From a virus (taxonomy: Duplodnaviria > Caudoviricetes), in the IMG/VR virus record IMGVR_UViG_3300036987_000310, positions 160,001-224,000 of that record: a stretch of 64,000 nt of DNA, one strand, 5' to 3'. The notes beneath the pieces were generated by a model. That model did no database searches, was not told the DNA's origin, and saw only the letters and a program-made list of their open reading frames with translations. Shown here one piece after another: positions 37,058-46,120 of this stretch (positions within the stretch are counted from its first letter, which is position 1; the number at the start of each line of letters is the position of its first letter). The translations under genes were made by a program, and so were the position numbers.

Positions 37058-37143
37058 CTGGCCTCTTGCAGCAGATTGCTGGTGCTGAATGTCATATAGA
37101 ATCCTTCTTCGTGTTCATACCTGTCCAAATTGCAAACTTTCGC

Positions 37144-37371
37144 TCAACTAGTCATTACCTCGAACACAGTGACCTCTGGGTCGTTGAAGCTTCTGCTACA
37201 GTTTTTGCAGACGCAAAACGGCCGGCCTTTTGGGAAAACTAACCGATGTGAGGCGTTTGTGCCGCAATAAGGACATTCGACGTCACGGCTGGACTCTTGG
37301 CGTCCACCCCCTGGTGAATACCTCGCGAGTGGCGACAAAGACTGAGAGTTGTGGAGACGGGGCGAATTCAT
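37144..37371 (-). CDS. zinc-ribbon protein, tag family
   Basis: CPYC...CKNC...DPEVTVFEVMTS*. Confidence 0.65.
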   Translation of the reverse strand: MNSPRLHNSQSLSPLARYSPGGGRQESSRDVECPYCGTNASHRLVFPKGRPFCVCKNCSRSFNDPEVTVFEVMTS

Positions 37372-37766
37372 TTCAACGCTTTTCTTGCTGGCGTTGGCCT
37401 ACCGACCTCCACCATCTGGAATCGAACGACCTCCCAATCGTCCGACACTCTCGTTGCAGGGTGGTACCTGTCCCCACGCCCAATCATTTGAAAATGAGAG
37501 CGCACATCGGACAAGGAAAACCAAACTTTCCCCACAGGCAGCATGCGGAGGTCCCATCCGCCCGTGGAGAACAGACCGGTTTTCTTGTCTCTAACCATGA
37601 AGAGCGACAAACCTTCAGGCTCCATGGCCTGTTCGCACAGGTTGAGAATGTCGTCTTCCGATATGCCCTTGGACTCGAGCAGACGTGACAAAACCCGGTT
37701 GAGAGTCAGAACTTGAGAAATCGACATGATCTTCTCGTCCGACATGCGTCTCTTCTTTTTCGTCAT
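37368..37766 (-). CDS. hypothetical protein
   Basis: ATGA-coupled. Confidence 0.6.
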   Translation of the reverse strand: MTKKKRRMSDEKIMSISQVLTLNRVLSRLLESKGISEDDILNLCEQAMEPEGLSLFMVRDKKTGLFSTGGWDLRMLPVGKVWFSLSDVRSHFQMIGRGDRYHPATRVSDDWEVVRFQMVEVGRPTPARKALK

Positions 37767-38212
37767 AAGACGGTGTCTTTCTTTGCAGCTTCCATGAAGT
37801 CGAAGTCGTAAATGTTTCCACAGAGCGAGGTGGAAGAAGGCGAAACATTGCTCAAATGGTCGAGCGTCTCTTTGTCGTCGTAAGAAAACCCGAGTTCCCT
37901 GAGCAACAAGACGCAGTGCGCGGCAGCAAGCATGTGGTGTTCGTCAGGGTCTCCGCGAGGGCCGCCAAGCAATCCGACCACCATCGACTCAATCCGTTTG
38001 CGCACGGACAAAGGCGCTGGCGCTTCGCAAGTGGCAACAAGCCTGGCAACAAGTTCAACCATCAGCTTGTCTTGATCGCGCGCTTCCCAATCTTCGTCAA
38101 GCCATTTGTGCACAAGCTTGATTTGCTTGCGCGAAAGCAGACCCTTTCTTTTCACAAAGTCTTTTAGCGCCATCAAAATCTCCTTCAGCTTCGGCCGAAG
38201 GTTACATTGCAT
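37763..38212 (-). CDS. hypothetical protein
   Basis: 149-aa ORF. Confidence 0.6.
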   Translation of the reverse strand: MQCNLRPKLKEILMALKDFVKRKGLLSRKQIKLVHKWLDEDWEARDQDKLMVELVARLVATCEAPAPLSVRKRIESMVVGLLGGPRGDPDEHHMLAAAHCVLLLRELGFSYDDKETLDHLSNVSPSSTSLCGNIYDFDFMEAAKKDTVL

Positions 38213-38218
38213 AGTTGG

Positions 38219-38419
38219 TCAGTCCTCCATGACGGACCTGACGCAGCACAGACTGCAATCTTGAAACACGCTTGAATCTGTAAACGCGGACACCATCCGT
38301 CCACACTCCGGACATGGGTTTCCAACCATGTCTGCATAGTCCCTCTCGTTCATGAAATATTTCGAACGTTTCAACGGGACTTTGTCAATCAACGCGAAAA
38401 TTTCCGCCAATGTTTTCAT
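38219..38419 (-). CDS. zinc-ribbon protein, tag family
   Basis: CPEC...CSLC-CVRSVMED*. Confidence 0.65.
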   Translation of the reverse strand: MKTLAEIFALIDKVPLKRSKYFMNERDYADMVGNPCPECGRMVSAFTDSSVFQDCSLCCVRSVMED

Positions 38420-38715
38420 GATCGCATGACTTCTTCGACGCAGGAGCATCGTTCAGGAAATTGATTGTCGCAGACGATACAAAAAAACCGAGATTCAAAT
38501 CGGGACTTGTGATCGTAGGCGCGAATCTCGACGACGCCGCCACGCTTGACCGCAGAGACCATGCGAACGGCTTTTCCATGCTTTTCAATTTCTGCCATGA
38601 CGTCGCAAACGTTGGCGGAAAAGTGTTTGCCAGCTTCACGCGGAGCGTGAAAATTGCTGTATAAGGTGCATCCGAGAAAGGCGAAAAACATGCCGAGGGG
38701 AAGACTTTCGGTCAC
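38416..38715 (-). CDS. zinc-ribbon protein, tag family
   Basis: CIVC...CSCVEEVMRS*. Confidence 0.6.
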   Translation of the reverse strand: MTESLPLGMFFAFLGCTLYSNFHAPREAGKHFSANVCDVMAEIEKHGKAVRMVSAVKRGGVVEIRAYDHKSRFESRFFCIVCDNQFPERCSCVEEVMRS

Positions 38716-39020
38716 AAGCTTAGAACCCCTGTCGAATAGGCGCGCAAAAACGCCAACTCCTGACCATCGTCAATGCGCACGATTGCGGCACCAGACGTTA
38801 AGCTGGACGAGTCTAGCGCACGCTTGGCCCCGTTTGGCCCTGAAAAATCAGCAAAGCACTCGACGACGACGCCGTTGGCATCAGACATGAAGTATCGGGC
38901 GCTTTCGAACGGAAGGTTAGCACGAACTCTTTTGGCTAAAGCTTTCAGCGCCAAGCGCCGCTTCTTTAAAGCAGTCGACTCTCGGGGAGGATCGAAAACT
39001 TGTCCTGGCATGTGAACCAT
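38712..39020 (-). CDS. hypothetical protein
   Basis: Coupled ORF. Confidence 0.5.
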   Translation of the reverse strand: MVHMPGQVFDPPRESTALKKRRLALKALAKRVRANLPFESARYFMSDANGVVVECFADFSGPNGAKRALDSSSLTSGAAIVRIDDGQELAFLRAYSTGVLSL

Positions 39021-39064
39021 GCAGAAAAGTTACAACGCGCCAAACTCCGCACAAAGCAAAGATT

Positions 39065-39505
39065 TCATTCTCGCATGATCTTGCTGACGAAGTAGAAGCG
39101 TTGTTCTTCAAACATTCGCTTTCGCATGCTGTTCTTTGAACCAGTGCTAACAATTTCCCAACATGACGATGGACCCTGCCACTTGAATGGAACGACGATC
39201 CACTCGGGGGCCCATGCGACGTCGCGATTCAAAAGAACTTCGCGCTTCAAAAGAACGTGCTTCACTTCAGGCGAACCTTTTCTGAAAATCTCGAAGGTTC
39301 GGGCCCCGTCACGAGACACGAGAAGCTCGCCAGGCTCGCCAGGCTCCAATTGAATTGTGCCGTCGCAAATCTTGAGCCAGCAAAAAGGGCAACAGGCCAG
39401 GATTGAGCCTTCAGCAAAGAGCCAGCGAGTTGGCGGCGGACAGGAAACCTCCCCGGACGGATTCCACTCGCAAACGTCCAGGCCCGGCCGCACTTTTTTC
39501 CTCAT
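39065..39505 (-). CDS. hypothetical protein, tag family
   Basis: Ends RFYFVSKIMRE*. Confidence 0.65.
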   Translation of the reverse strand: MRKKVRPGLDVCEWNPSGEVSCPPPTRWLFAEGSILACCPFCWLKICDGTIQLEPGEPGELLVSRDGARTFEIFRKGSPEVKHVLLKREVLLNRDVAWAPEWIVVPFKWQGPSSCWEIVSTGSKNSMRKRMFEEQRFYFVSKIMRE

Positions 39506-39513
39506 AACCCCTC

Positions 39514-39753
39514 CTAGGCTCGGGCCCGAGGGACCTTCACCGCGCCACGCTCTATGAGGTATCCCTTGATTCGGTCGATGTCCAGTCGCGTCTTGAACAG
39601 GGCCAGGTACTCTCCCCTGGCCTCCAAGTAGGACTCCCCGGCCTCGGCATTCTCTAAGAGCCGCTTCAAACCCGCGGTGTCAACAAAATCCCCGCGGTCG
39701 AATAGCTTCCACAGTTCACGAAGGGTCATGCCCACTCCCCCATTCCTTTGCAT
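39514..39753 (-). CDS. hypothetical protein
   Basis: 79-aa ORF; GGAGTG RBS before ATG at about 39729. Confidence 0.55.
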   Translation of the reverse strand: MQRNGGVGMTLRELWKLFDRGDFVDTAGLKRLLENAEAGESYLEARGEYLALFKTRLDIDRIKGYLIERGAVKVPRARA

Positions 39754-40193
39754 TCAAAGAGCCTCGAACCACAGAGGAGTTTTTTGTCCTCAGGATCCCC
39801 GTTGTAGTTGACGAAGATCTCTCGGCCTCTAGGAATGTCTACAAGGGCAGTGAACATGATCGCCATGTCTTTCTTGGAGGCGTCGTACCTGGCGTTGGGC
39901 TTCTGGCTGTGGTTGTATAGAGAGCCAAACCCGAGAGCCATTGCACCCCGGCCGCGCGCCCACTCGAACGTGAGCTCCTGAATGGAAGGCATGGAGTCCA
40001 AAAAGGCGATCGGGACAAGAACGACCGGGCAAATCTCGATGCACTCGCCTGCTCGAAAGCGCCTGGCGGCAAAAACGCCCCGGCCGCGCCCCCTGGACTG
40101 CCTGATTGTCAAATTGCTCGTGGAAAAATTCACTGGACAAAACTCCATTTTATGGTGAGCGGTCCTTCGCATGTTTTCCCCTGCTGGTCGCAT
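39726..40193 (-). CDS. SET-domain protein-lysine methyltransferase
   Basis: GRGVFA...GECIE, YNHS..PNA, IPRGREIFVNY. Confidence 0.88.
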   Translation of the reverse strand: MRPAGENMRRTAHHKMEFCPVNFSTSNLTIRQSRGRGRGVFAARRFRAGECIEICPVVLVPIAFLDSMPSIQELTFEWARGRGAMALGFGSLYNHSQKPNARYDASKKDMAIMFTALVDIPRGREIFVNYNGDPEDKKLLCGSRLFECKGMGEWA

Positions 40194-40368
40194 AGGAAAG
40201 GGCCGGCGTAAACTGGGCGCTTGAGGAAGGGCGACAACAGATGCTGCTCATGCAGCATAAGCGGATGTTTAAACAAACATCCGTCCAAACATGCGGCCAG
40301 GATGGGCGAAGTTGGCAGCGATGGCAAACAACAGCATGTTTGGACCATGCAACATTCCCTAGACAAAG

Positions 40369-40602
40369 TCACATGTCCTCCCAATGCGTTCCAGGAGGGC
40401 CTACAGGGGCACGCTTCCACTGGTGGGTCAACGTGTCTTGCGTGCGGAGCCAATACCAGCCTTCTGGCGTCTTTGCCCACCAGTCAAGGTTTCCCATGAC
40501 AAAGCGCAGCCGCAAAATGGGAAGATAAGGAGGTAGTGGCAACCCTCTGTCTTGAAGAATTTTCACATTGTTTTCGCATTCGAACGAACTTGTTGGGGAC
40601 AT
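40369..40602 (-). CDS. Trp-rich hypothetical protein
   Basis: 77-aa ORF. Confidence 0.45.
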   Translation of the reverse strand: MSPTSSFECENNVKILQDRGLPLPPYLPILRLRFVMGNLDWWAKTPEGWYWLRTQDTLTHQWKRAPVGPPGTHWEDM

Positions 40603-40611
40603 GTCGAAAAA

Positions 40612-41193
40612 TCACCTCCCAGGCGGCTTTAGCGGCCGATTCTTCTCCCAATCGAACACTGGCGCGCTCTTTGGAGCGGAAACCTTGCCGCTCTTGACAC
40701 GTTTCGCTTGCTGCAGGTCAGGGCGCAATTGCTCGTACGTGGTGTTCAACCAGCCTCGCTGCCGATAGCTGAGCGTGCAGTACTTCTGCAAGAGAAGCTG
40801 CTGCTGCATGTCTTCGAACGCCTTCCTATCGCTGTCCGCAAGATCTTCGCATTCCAAGAGAGCCTCGAGAATCTCGCCGTCCCTCAACTTTGCCCAAGCT
40901 GCAGTTGTTTCCATGCGCGCTCCTTGCTTATTTGTGTCCATGCACAGCCGGGTCACCTGCAAAGGCACGTATGGGGCAATGATCGCATCGTTTTTGTGCT
41001 GCTCCCACCACGTTTCCCAGCATTCGTCGGAACAGTACCCGGAGCGCACCCCGTCGCGCTGCTCCTTAGTCTCCTTGCCACACATGCAGCACAACGCAGC
41101 CATCCCAAACATCGCTTTTTCCTTTTGAACGGTTACAGCAAAAGCGCCAAGATTTCCGCCTGTCAGAGGGTGTGATCGAAGCTGATGGCTCAA
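40612..41193 (-). CDS. Zn finger + RPLKPPGR-family protein
   Basis: CCMC...YCSDEC; C-terminal half paralogous to 14690-14986. Confidence 0.65.
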   Translation of the reverse strand: MSHQLRSHPLTGGNLGAFAVTVQKEKAMFGMAALCCMCGKETKEQRDGVRSGYCSDECWETWWEQHKNDAIIAPYVPLQVTRLCMDTNKQGARMETTAAWAKLRDGEILEALLECEDLADSDRKAFEDMQQQLLLQKYCTLSYRQRGWLNTTYEQLRPDLQQAKRVKSGKVSAPKSAPVFDWEKNRPLKPPGR

Positions 41194-41268
41194 ATGTAGT
41201 TTTAAGGTAGTTCGCAGCTAGTTGAAAGCTAGCCGGTGAACAGGTCAACCATCTGAAAGGAAGAAACA

Positions 41269-41691
41269 ATGCCTATTCAACAACATGAACCTCTTGAGTC
41301 TGGGCCTGGTCTGATGTCAGAAGCTAAGCGCCAATGGTGGGCCGCCCCGCGATCTGGAGGACCCTTCAAGCAGCCGCGCTTGGCAGTGTTTCAGCACGCC
41401 ATGAACACGACCCCGAGGCCGACTGCGCCGAACGAGTCGATCGCCCACGGATATGTCAACAACAACAAGTTTCACGACAGGGAGCCCGGCCTAGTTCGAG
41501 AAGCAATGGAAGCAATTGAACCAAGCTTTTTCAACACGTTCCCGCGAAAAGATTTGAAAGAGCCGATGGCCAACCAGTCGAAAGACGCAGCAGTTGGAGA
41601 AGCCGCTCGAGCATTCTACCGCCATGGGTTGGCAGCGTATGGAAAGCCCGGCCTGCGCGGATCGGCCGACCAGCCCCTGACCGCCCTGTAG
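41269..41691 (+). CDS. hypothetical protein
   Basis: GAAGGAAG RBS; 140 aa. Confidence 0.55.
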   Translation: MPIQQHEPLESGPGLMSEAKRQWWAAPRSGGPFKQPRLAVFQHAMNTTPRPTAPNESIAHGYVNNNKFHDREPGLVREAMEAIEPSFFNTFPRKDLKEPMANQSKDAAVGEAARAFYRHGLAAYGKPGLRGSADQPLTAL

Positions 41692-41727
41692 CCGCACAAC
41701 TGCGCCAACCGCATTTCTGGATTCTTG

Positions 41728-41949
41728 TCACCACCCCCTAATTGGCGTCTCCTCAACGCGCAGGATGTCCTCGGAGGGGAAGCTTGTTCGCTTGCCCCAT
41801 TCGTCCTCGACAACGACGAACGCTCCCTTATAGGTCAGCGACTTGGTGTAGCTCCCGCCCGACCGCCCCTTGTGGGGAAAGTCGTGCACGGTTCCGTCCT
41901 TCATGAACACTTTGATGTTCGCCATGTCAGGGCTTCTCCTCGTCCACAA
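41728..41949 (-). CDS. hypothetical protein
   Basis: IKVFMKDGTVHDF...VVVEDEWG beta-rich fold. Confidence 0.6.
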   Translation of the reverse strand: MWTRRSPDMANIKVFMKDGTVHDFPHKGRSGGSYTKSLTYKGAFVVVEDEWGKRTSFPSEDILRVEETPIRGW

Positions 41950-42133
41950 CCAGGAAGCGAGGGCCGGTGGCTACGTAGTCGCGCGTCATCCTCAGCGGCG
42001 GAGCCTTCTCCAAGCCAGCCTCCCACAGCTCGTGATGATGCTCACACAGAACCGATCCCTCTTTGCGAGGCTGCGCGCAATTCCCGGCCGATTCGGCGCA
42101 GGCTCCATGCAGACATTTGCCGTCATACTTCAT
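41927..42133 (-). CDS. Cys/His-rich hypothetical protein
   Basis: CLHGAC...C...LCEHH. Confidence 0.55.
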   Translation of the reverse strand: MKYDGKCLHGACAESAGNCAQPRKEGSVLCEHHHELWEAGLEKAPPLRMTRDYVATGPRFLVVDEEKP

Positions 42134-42135
42134 GC

Positions 42136-42486
42136 TCAACCTCCAACTAGAAGAGCACCCCCGCAAGGAACAACATGGTTTGAACGTCCGGCGGGCCATG
42201 TTATCCCACGCCACGCATGCCCTGAGCACCCGGTCATGGCAGCGCAGGGAATGGTGTCCATCTGAAGCAAAATGTCGACGTGCTCGATGTGGGGCGCGTT
42301 GTGGAGGAACGGCCTTCCCCTGCATGCGCGCTCTTCCAGCTCGGGCGGATCCGGCTGTAGCCGCCCAGAGCGCCACTCCTGAAGCTCTAGCTCTGCGGCA
42401 TGCGCCCGTTGCTCCCACTCTCCAGCAATTCGCTCCCACTCTCCAGCAATTCGCTCCCACGCTTTCTTTTTCATCGCCAACTCCAT
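42136..42486 (-). CDS. hypothetical protein with WERIAGE repeats
   Basis: 21-bp tandem repeat encodes AWERIAGEWERIAGEWE. Confidence 0.55.
   Translation of the reverse strand: MELAMKKKAWERIAGEWERIAGEWEQRAHAAELELQEWRSGRLQPDPPELEERACRGRPFLHNAPHIEHVDILLQMDTIPCAAMTGCSGHAWRGITWPAGRSNHVVPCGGALLVGG
42411..42460. repeat. 21-bp tandem repeat (GCTCCCACTCTCCAGCAATTC, about 2.4 copies)
   Basis: Read directly. Confidence 0.9.
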
Positions 42487-42656
42487 CCGGGAGGGTGCTT
42501 GCACCATTGAGCAATTTCGTGAGGGGTGAACAGCACATCGGGCCGGGGAACGCATTGGCACCACCCGTCCACGATTCGTTGCTTGGGGTGGGGGCACTGC
42601 ACGCCGCGCTCGATCTGCTTGCCGGTCAAGCCAACCCCCGGGTAGCAAAGGTTCAC
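42471..42656 (-). CDS. hypothetical protein
   Basis: 61 aa, Cys-containing. Confidence 0.45.
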   Translation of the reverse strand: MNLCYPGVGLTGKQIERGVQCPHPKQRIVDGWCQCVPRPDVLFTPHEIAQWCKHPPGWSWR

Positions 42657-42829
42657 TCCGTTGATCTCGTCGGGTTTGTCGGCGTAAGACTACATCAGGC
42701 TCTTGTCCGTCCAGACCAAGCTATTCGAGTCCTGCCAGCAGTCTTGGGCCGACTGTTGACACCCAAGAGCGAGGAAAGTTAAAAAGTGCAGAGCTAGCTT
42801 CATGCATTGACTCCTTTCGCCCGGCAGCG

Positions 42830-43396
42830 CTAAGGGACTAGAGCGTTGCCGCGGGCCGAGGCCATTTCCTTAGCCTGTGTTGCTTCTTTCCTGGCTTTGG
42901 CAAGCTCGCGCTCCAACTGCCTCACCCTGGAGCGTTGAAACCTTTTGGAAGCCTCGGCTTCAGCGTCCTGGCGCGAGCGCTCGCGGCTTTGGTCAGCCTG
43001 CAACCGCTGCATTTTCAAAGCCTTGGCCGCAACGCGGCCGTCCCACAGCCAAAGGCCCCACAGCGTTGCAAGCCCTAGCGCAGTGCCGATCGCCACCCCT
43101 GCTTGCTCCGCCGGGCTTGACGCTTCGGCAATTTGCGCAACGAAGTTTATGAGGTACATGGCCGTAAGCCCAAGAGGGCCGACGATGAAGCGCAGGTAGA
43201 CCATGAGGCAAAGGGCGGACGCGACCATGGAGGCAAGAACCAGGTGCGCTTGCCCTTGCAGCAGAAACGCGATGGGAGCAAGGGCGTTCAGAACGGCTCC
43301 TGCGATTGCGACGAAGGAAAGCAGGCGGCTTCGCTGTCTCATTGGAAGCGTTACGGCTGAAAATGCTGAACTTTCGGCAGCCGTTGCGTCTTTCAT
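42830..43396 (-). CDS. multi-pass membrane protein with C-terminal coiled coil
   Basis: About four hydrophobic segments then QRLQADQ...QLERELAKARKE. Confidence 0.7.
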   Translation of the reverse strand: MKDATAAESSAFSAVTLPMRQRSRLLSFVAIAGAVLNALAPIAFLLQGQAHLVLASMVASALCLMVYLRFIVGPLGLTAMYLINFVAQIAEASSPAEQAGVAIGTALGLATLWGLWLWDGRVAAKALKMQRLQADQSRERSRQDAEAEASKRFQRSRVRQLERELAKARKEATQAKEMASARGNALVP

Positions 43397-43424
43397 TTGA
43401 GCCTCGCTTTCGCGGTCGTGCAAA

Positions 43425-43649
43425 TCATTCGAACATTGTCTTTCGAATTTGAGACAGGAGGACGAGGCTGCAGTCCGAGAGCACCGGAGCCCTCTTCCAT
43501 TTGCCGCGCCGATCGCAAAACTGCATCTCCGACCCCCCAGGCTTCGGAACAGCCCACGACATGATCCTGGAGCGGCAAGCCAAGCATTCCCACCCGTGGC
43601 CCAAAACGTCCGAAAACAGCTCCATTTTTTCCCAATCGTGCTGTTGCAT
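43425..43649 (-). CDS. HxW-CxxC Zn-finger-like protein (tag degenerate)
   Basis: HDW...WECLAC...DCSLVLLSQIRKTMFE*. Confidence 0.6.
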   Translation of the reverse strand: MQQHDWEKMELFSDVLGHGWECLACRSRIMSWAVPKPGGSEMQFCDRRGKWKRAPVLSDCSLVLLSQIRKTMFE

Positions 43650-43666
43650 CGCGAGCCTCAGATTGG

Positions 43667-43873
43667 TCAGCTTTCGTGCACGGACTGCAAAAGCTCTTTT
43701 TCAAGAAACTTGAGGCCAGCTTCGAAAGAAATTTTTTCGCCCTTCCACCCTGAAGAGCACTCGGCGCACCTGGGCTCGAAGAAGCCTGAGCGGCGCTTGA
43801 CAAAGCAAACAGCCGAAACCTGCCTCGAGCGCGTCCTCAAGCACCAGTCGCACAGGACGCGCTTTTCAAACAT
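43667..43873 (-). CDS. treble-clef-like Zn-finger protein, tag family
   Basis: CDWC...RCAEC...EKELLQSVHES*. Confidence 0.65.
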   Translation of the reverse strand: MFEKRVLCDWCLRTRSRQVSAVCFVKRRSGFFEPRCAECSSGWKGEKISFEAGLKFLEKELLQSVHES

Positions 43874-44075
43874 GGTCCTCATACTTGGGCAAGACAACTC
43901 TGCCAACCAGCTTGCAACTGTTGTCAAGCCTAGGCTCGACCAAGCCTTCAGAAAGGCGCAAGCTTTTGTTCCCGACATAGGCTTGACGAAGATCGGGAAG
44001 CACCAAATACCTGTTTCCATTGGACACTTCGATCACGTCTCCTGGCACAGCTTCTTTTTCAACCATTGCAGCCTC
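43866..44075 (-). CDS. hypothetical protein
   Basis: GAGGAGG RBS; MVEKEAVPGDVIEV. Confidence 0.55.
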   Translation of the reverse strand, partial: EAAMVEKEAVPGDVIEVSNGNRYLVLPDLRQAYVGNKSLRLSEGLVEPRLDNSCKLVGRVVLPKYEDHV

Positions 44076-44076
44076 C

Positions 44077-44316
44077 TCACGCAGTCCCTTTGAACCGAAT
44101 TGGGCGAGGGCCCGTTTGCTCCTCGACGACGAGCACAAGCGGCTCGGAGCAGCAGAGCCTAGCCGCCAGCTGCCTTTCAGCTTCCTTCAAACGCTCAGGG
44201 GGCCCTTCAAACGCGCATTTGGCACACACGTCCGACCCGTTCGGCCCATACGGGCGCAGCTCGCGAGGCCCGACGCCCCCAGACAGTCCGCAATGGATGC
44301 AAGCTCGCTCAGCCAT
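44077..44316 (-). CDS. CxxC zinc-finger protein
   Basis: CIHC...ELRPYGPNGS.VCAKC. Confidence 0.65.
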   Translation of the reverse strand: MAERACIHCGLSGGVGPRELRPYGPNGSDVCAKCAFEGPPERLKEAERQLAARLCCSEPLVLVVEEQTGPRPIRFKGTA

Positions 44317-44317
44317 T

Positions 44318-44806
44318 TTAACCCCTTTGCCCCGGCCAACTGCGCGAATGGGCGTTGAAAAACTCGGAAGACTTGACGCTTTTAACAGCAGCTTCCCTGG
44401 AAACAATGTCCAGGAGAAACTCGGAAGACTTGTGCACATATTTAACCACCCAAAAGGGCTCGCCCGTCGAATCGTTTTTCCAGACAAAGTTCAAGAAACC
44501 TGACGTGTCAAATGAAGGCGGCTCATTGGGCTTCGCAATTGAAGACCCTGGAAACACTTCCACGTAAGTCCACCCGGATTCTGTCGCCCCCACTCCGTAT
44601 CTTTCATACGTGTCCGGCCGGAGCTGGCTGACATACTCGACCATGCCGTCGAGCACCACGGAGCCATGGCGCATCGTCTCTGGAACGAGATGTTTGGTGG
44701 CGAACACGATTTTGTTGCCACGATCGAGGAAAATCGCATGCCCATTCAGCTGCCTGGAAAAGCAAACTTTTCGCGAAAAGGCTTCCCTATGGCTCACATT
44801 GTCCAT
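44318..44806 (-). CDS. hypothetical protein
   Basis: GGAG RBS; 162 aa. Confidence 0.55.
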   Translation of the reverse strand: MDNVSHREAFSRKVCFSRQLNGHAIFLDRGNKIVFATKHLVPETMRHGSVVLDGMVEYVSQLRPDTYERYGVGATESGWTYVEVFPGSSIAKPNEPPSFDTSGFLNFVWKNDSTGEPFWVVKYVHKSSEFLLDIVSREAAVKSVKSSEFFNAHSRSWPGQRG

Positions 44807-44823
44807 TGGCGCCGCTCCTGTTC

Positions 44824-45444
44824 TCAAACATCTGGCGCCTGGCAATTGGCGCGGACAGCTTCTGCGCAGTCGCCTGACGCTTCCCCGAGGCTGCACCCCC
44901 AAAGCTTGGCGAGGTTGTTCAAAACTGCCCCGCACTGTTTCTTGACGTCAGCCTCGCTTTTTTCCTTCAGAACCTCAACCGTTTTCACGCCCTTGATTTG
45001 CATGATCGCGCCAACAGTGGCGGAGACGTCTGCCGCGTTGTCTTTGTCGATTGTGACCAGATACTGCGCCCGCCCGTTCGCGCTGTCAGTTTCAGCTTCA
45101 AATGGCGGAGTTTGCTGGGGAGGCGGGCTTTGAACGGCTCTGCGCCTCACATATGGCCTAATGGGCGCAGGCGCATGTTCAGAATGATTTTTGCAGAACT
45201 CGACGTAGTCCCTTGCCATCAAAGGGTACGGGAACTCCTTCGAGAATTTGACCGTGACGATTCCGTTCCTGTGACGAATTACCTTGACATGCTCAGCAAA
45301 CTCGTGACATTTCCCATCTTTGTACATCTTGCCAGCCAGCAAATTTTCGACAAATCCTTGCCCCTTTTTCTTGTCCCTTCGAAAGAGATGTTCGCCACGA
45401 AGCTTTTGCTCTTCATTCATGGTCACAACCCATTGCCATCTCAT
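44824..45444 (-). CDS. hypothetical protein
   Basis: AAGGAGGAG RBS; 206 aa. Confidence 0.6.
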   Translation of the reverse strand: MRWQWVVTMNEEQKLRGEHLFRRDKKKGQGFVENLLAGKMYKDGKCHEFAEHVKVIRHRNGIVTVKFSKEFPYPLMARDYVEFCKNHSEHAPAPIRPYVRRRAVQSPPPQQTPPFEAETDSANGRAQYLVTIDKDNAADVSATVGAIMQIKGVKTVEVLKEKSEADVKKQCGAVLNNLAKLWGCSLGEASGDCAEAVRANCQAPDV

Positions 45445-45487
45445 GAAATCTCCTCCTTGACCGGGAACAGCAAGGCTCCCATGCCGT

Positions 45488-45632
45488 CCCAGTTGGGACC
45501 GTGCCAACTGGGAAAACCGTGAAAAATTGTGCCGACTAGACAAATTAGGAAAACCGTGAAAATTGTGCCAATTAGGAAAAACCGCGAAAGATCTATGCCA
45601 ATTAGGAAAGACTCGTGCCAATTAGGAAAAAA
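45488..45632. repeat. iteron-like imperfect direct repeats (TGCCAATTAGGAAA / GGAAAACCGTGAAAA)
   Basis: AATTAGGAAA at 45543, 45570, 45600, 45620; GGAAAACCGTGAAAA at 45511, 45548; CCCAGTTGG/CCAACTGGG inverted pair. Confidence 0.75.
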
Positions 45633-45870
45633 CCAAGTTTTTACACAGCGGGTCCTTTTTTTAAAGAAAGACCCATATTGCTTTATTCTTGCCGCTCGAC
45701 GTCCAGTTGAGCCCTGGCCTGTTGACGGGCCCGCTTTCTGGACCTGCGAAGGAAGGCAACATGAACCTTGCGGCCTCCGATTCGCAAGGTGCCGCGAGAA
45801 CAGCACCCGTACTTGCAGGAGATGTTCTCGGTTCTTTTGTTGCCATACGGTTTCATTGGAGTCCCCTGTT

Positions 45871-45993
45871 CTATTTGGAGACAGCAACGAGACAGGTGCC
45901 GAGGAAGAATATGACAGTGAGCAAGCCGATGATGGATAGGCAGCCCATGCTGCTGTTGGAGTCCACTTCTTCAACGATGAACTTTTTGCCCAT
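45871..45993 (-). CDS. 40-aa single-TM membrane peptide
   Basis: AGGAGG RBS; MGKKFIVEEVDSNSSMGCLSIIGLLTVIFFLGTCLVAVSK. Confidence 0.55.
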   Translation of the reverse strand: MGKKFIVEEVDSNSSMGCLSIIGLLTVIFFLGTCLVAVSK

Positions 45994-46120
45994 GAGACCT
46001 CCTGAAGAATTGTACACTGTGCCAAGATCGGCTCAAATATGTGCCAAGACCTGCTCAAATATATGCCATATATTTGAGCCGATCCCCTGCCATATACTCG
46101 GACGCGCACGAAATTTTCGG

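Noticed and set aside
45488-45632. CRISPR array
   Set aside because: Repeats are short, imperfect, and separated by 6-16 nt of related sequence rather than unique 30-40-nt spacers; no cas genes nearby.
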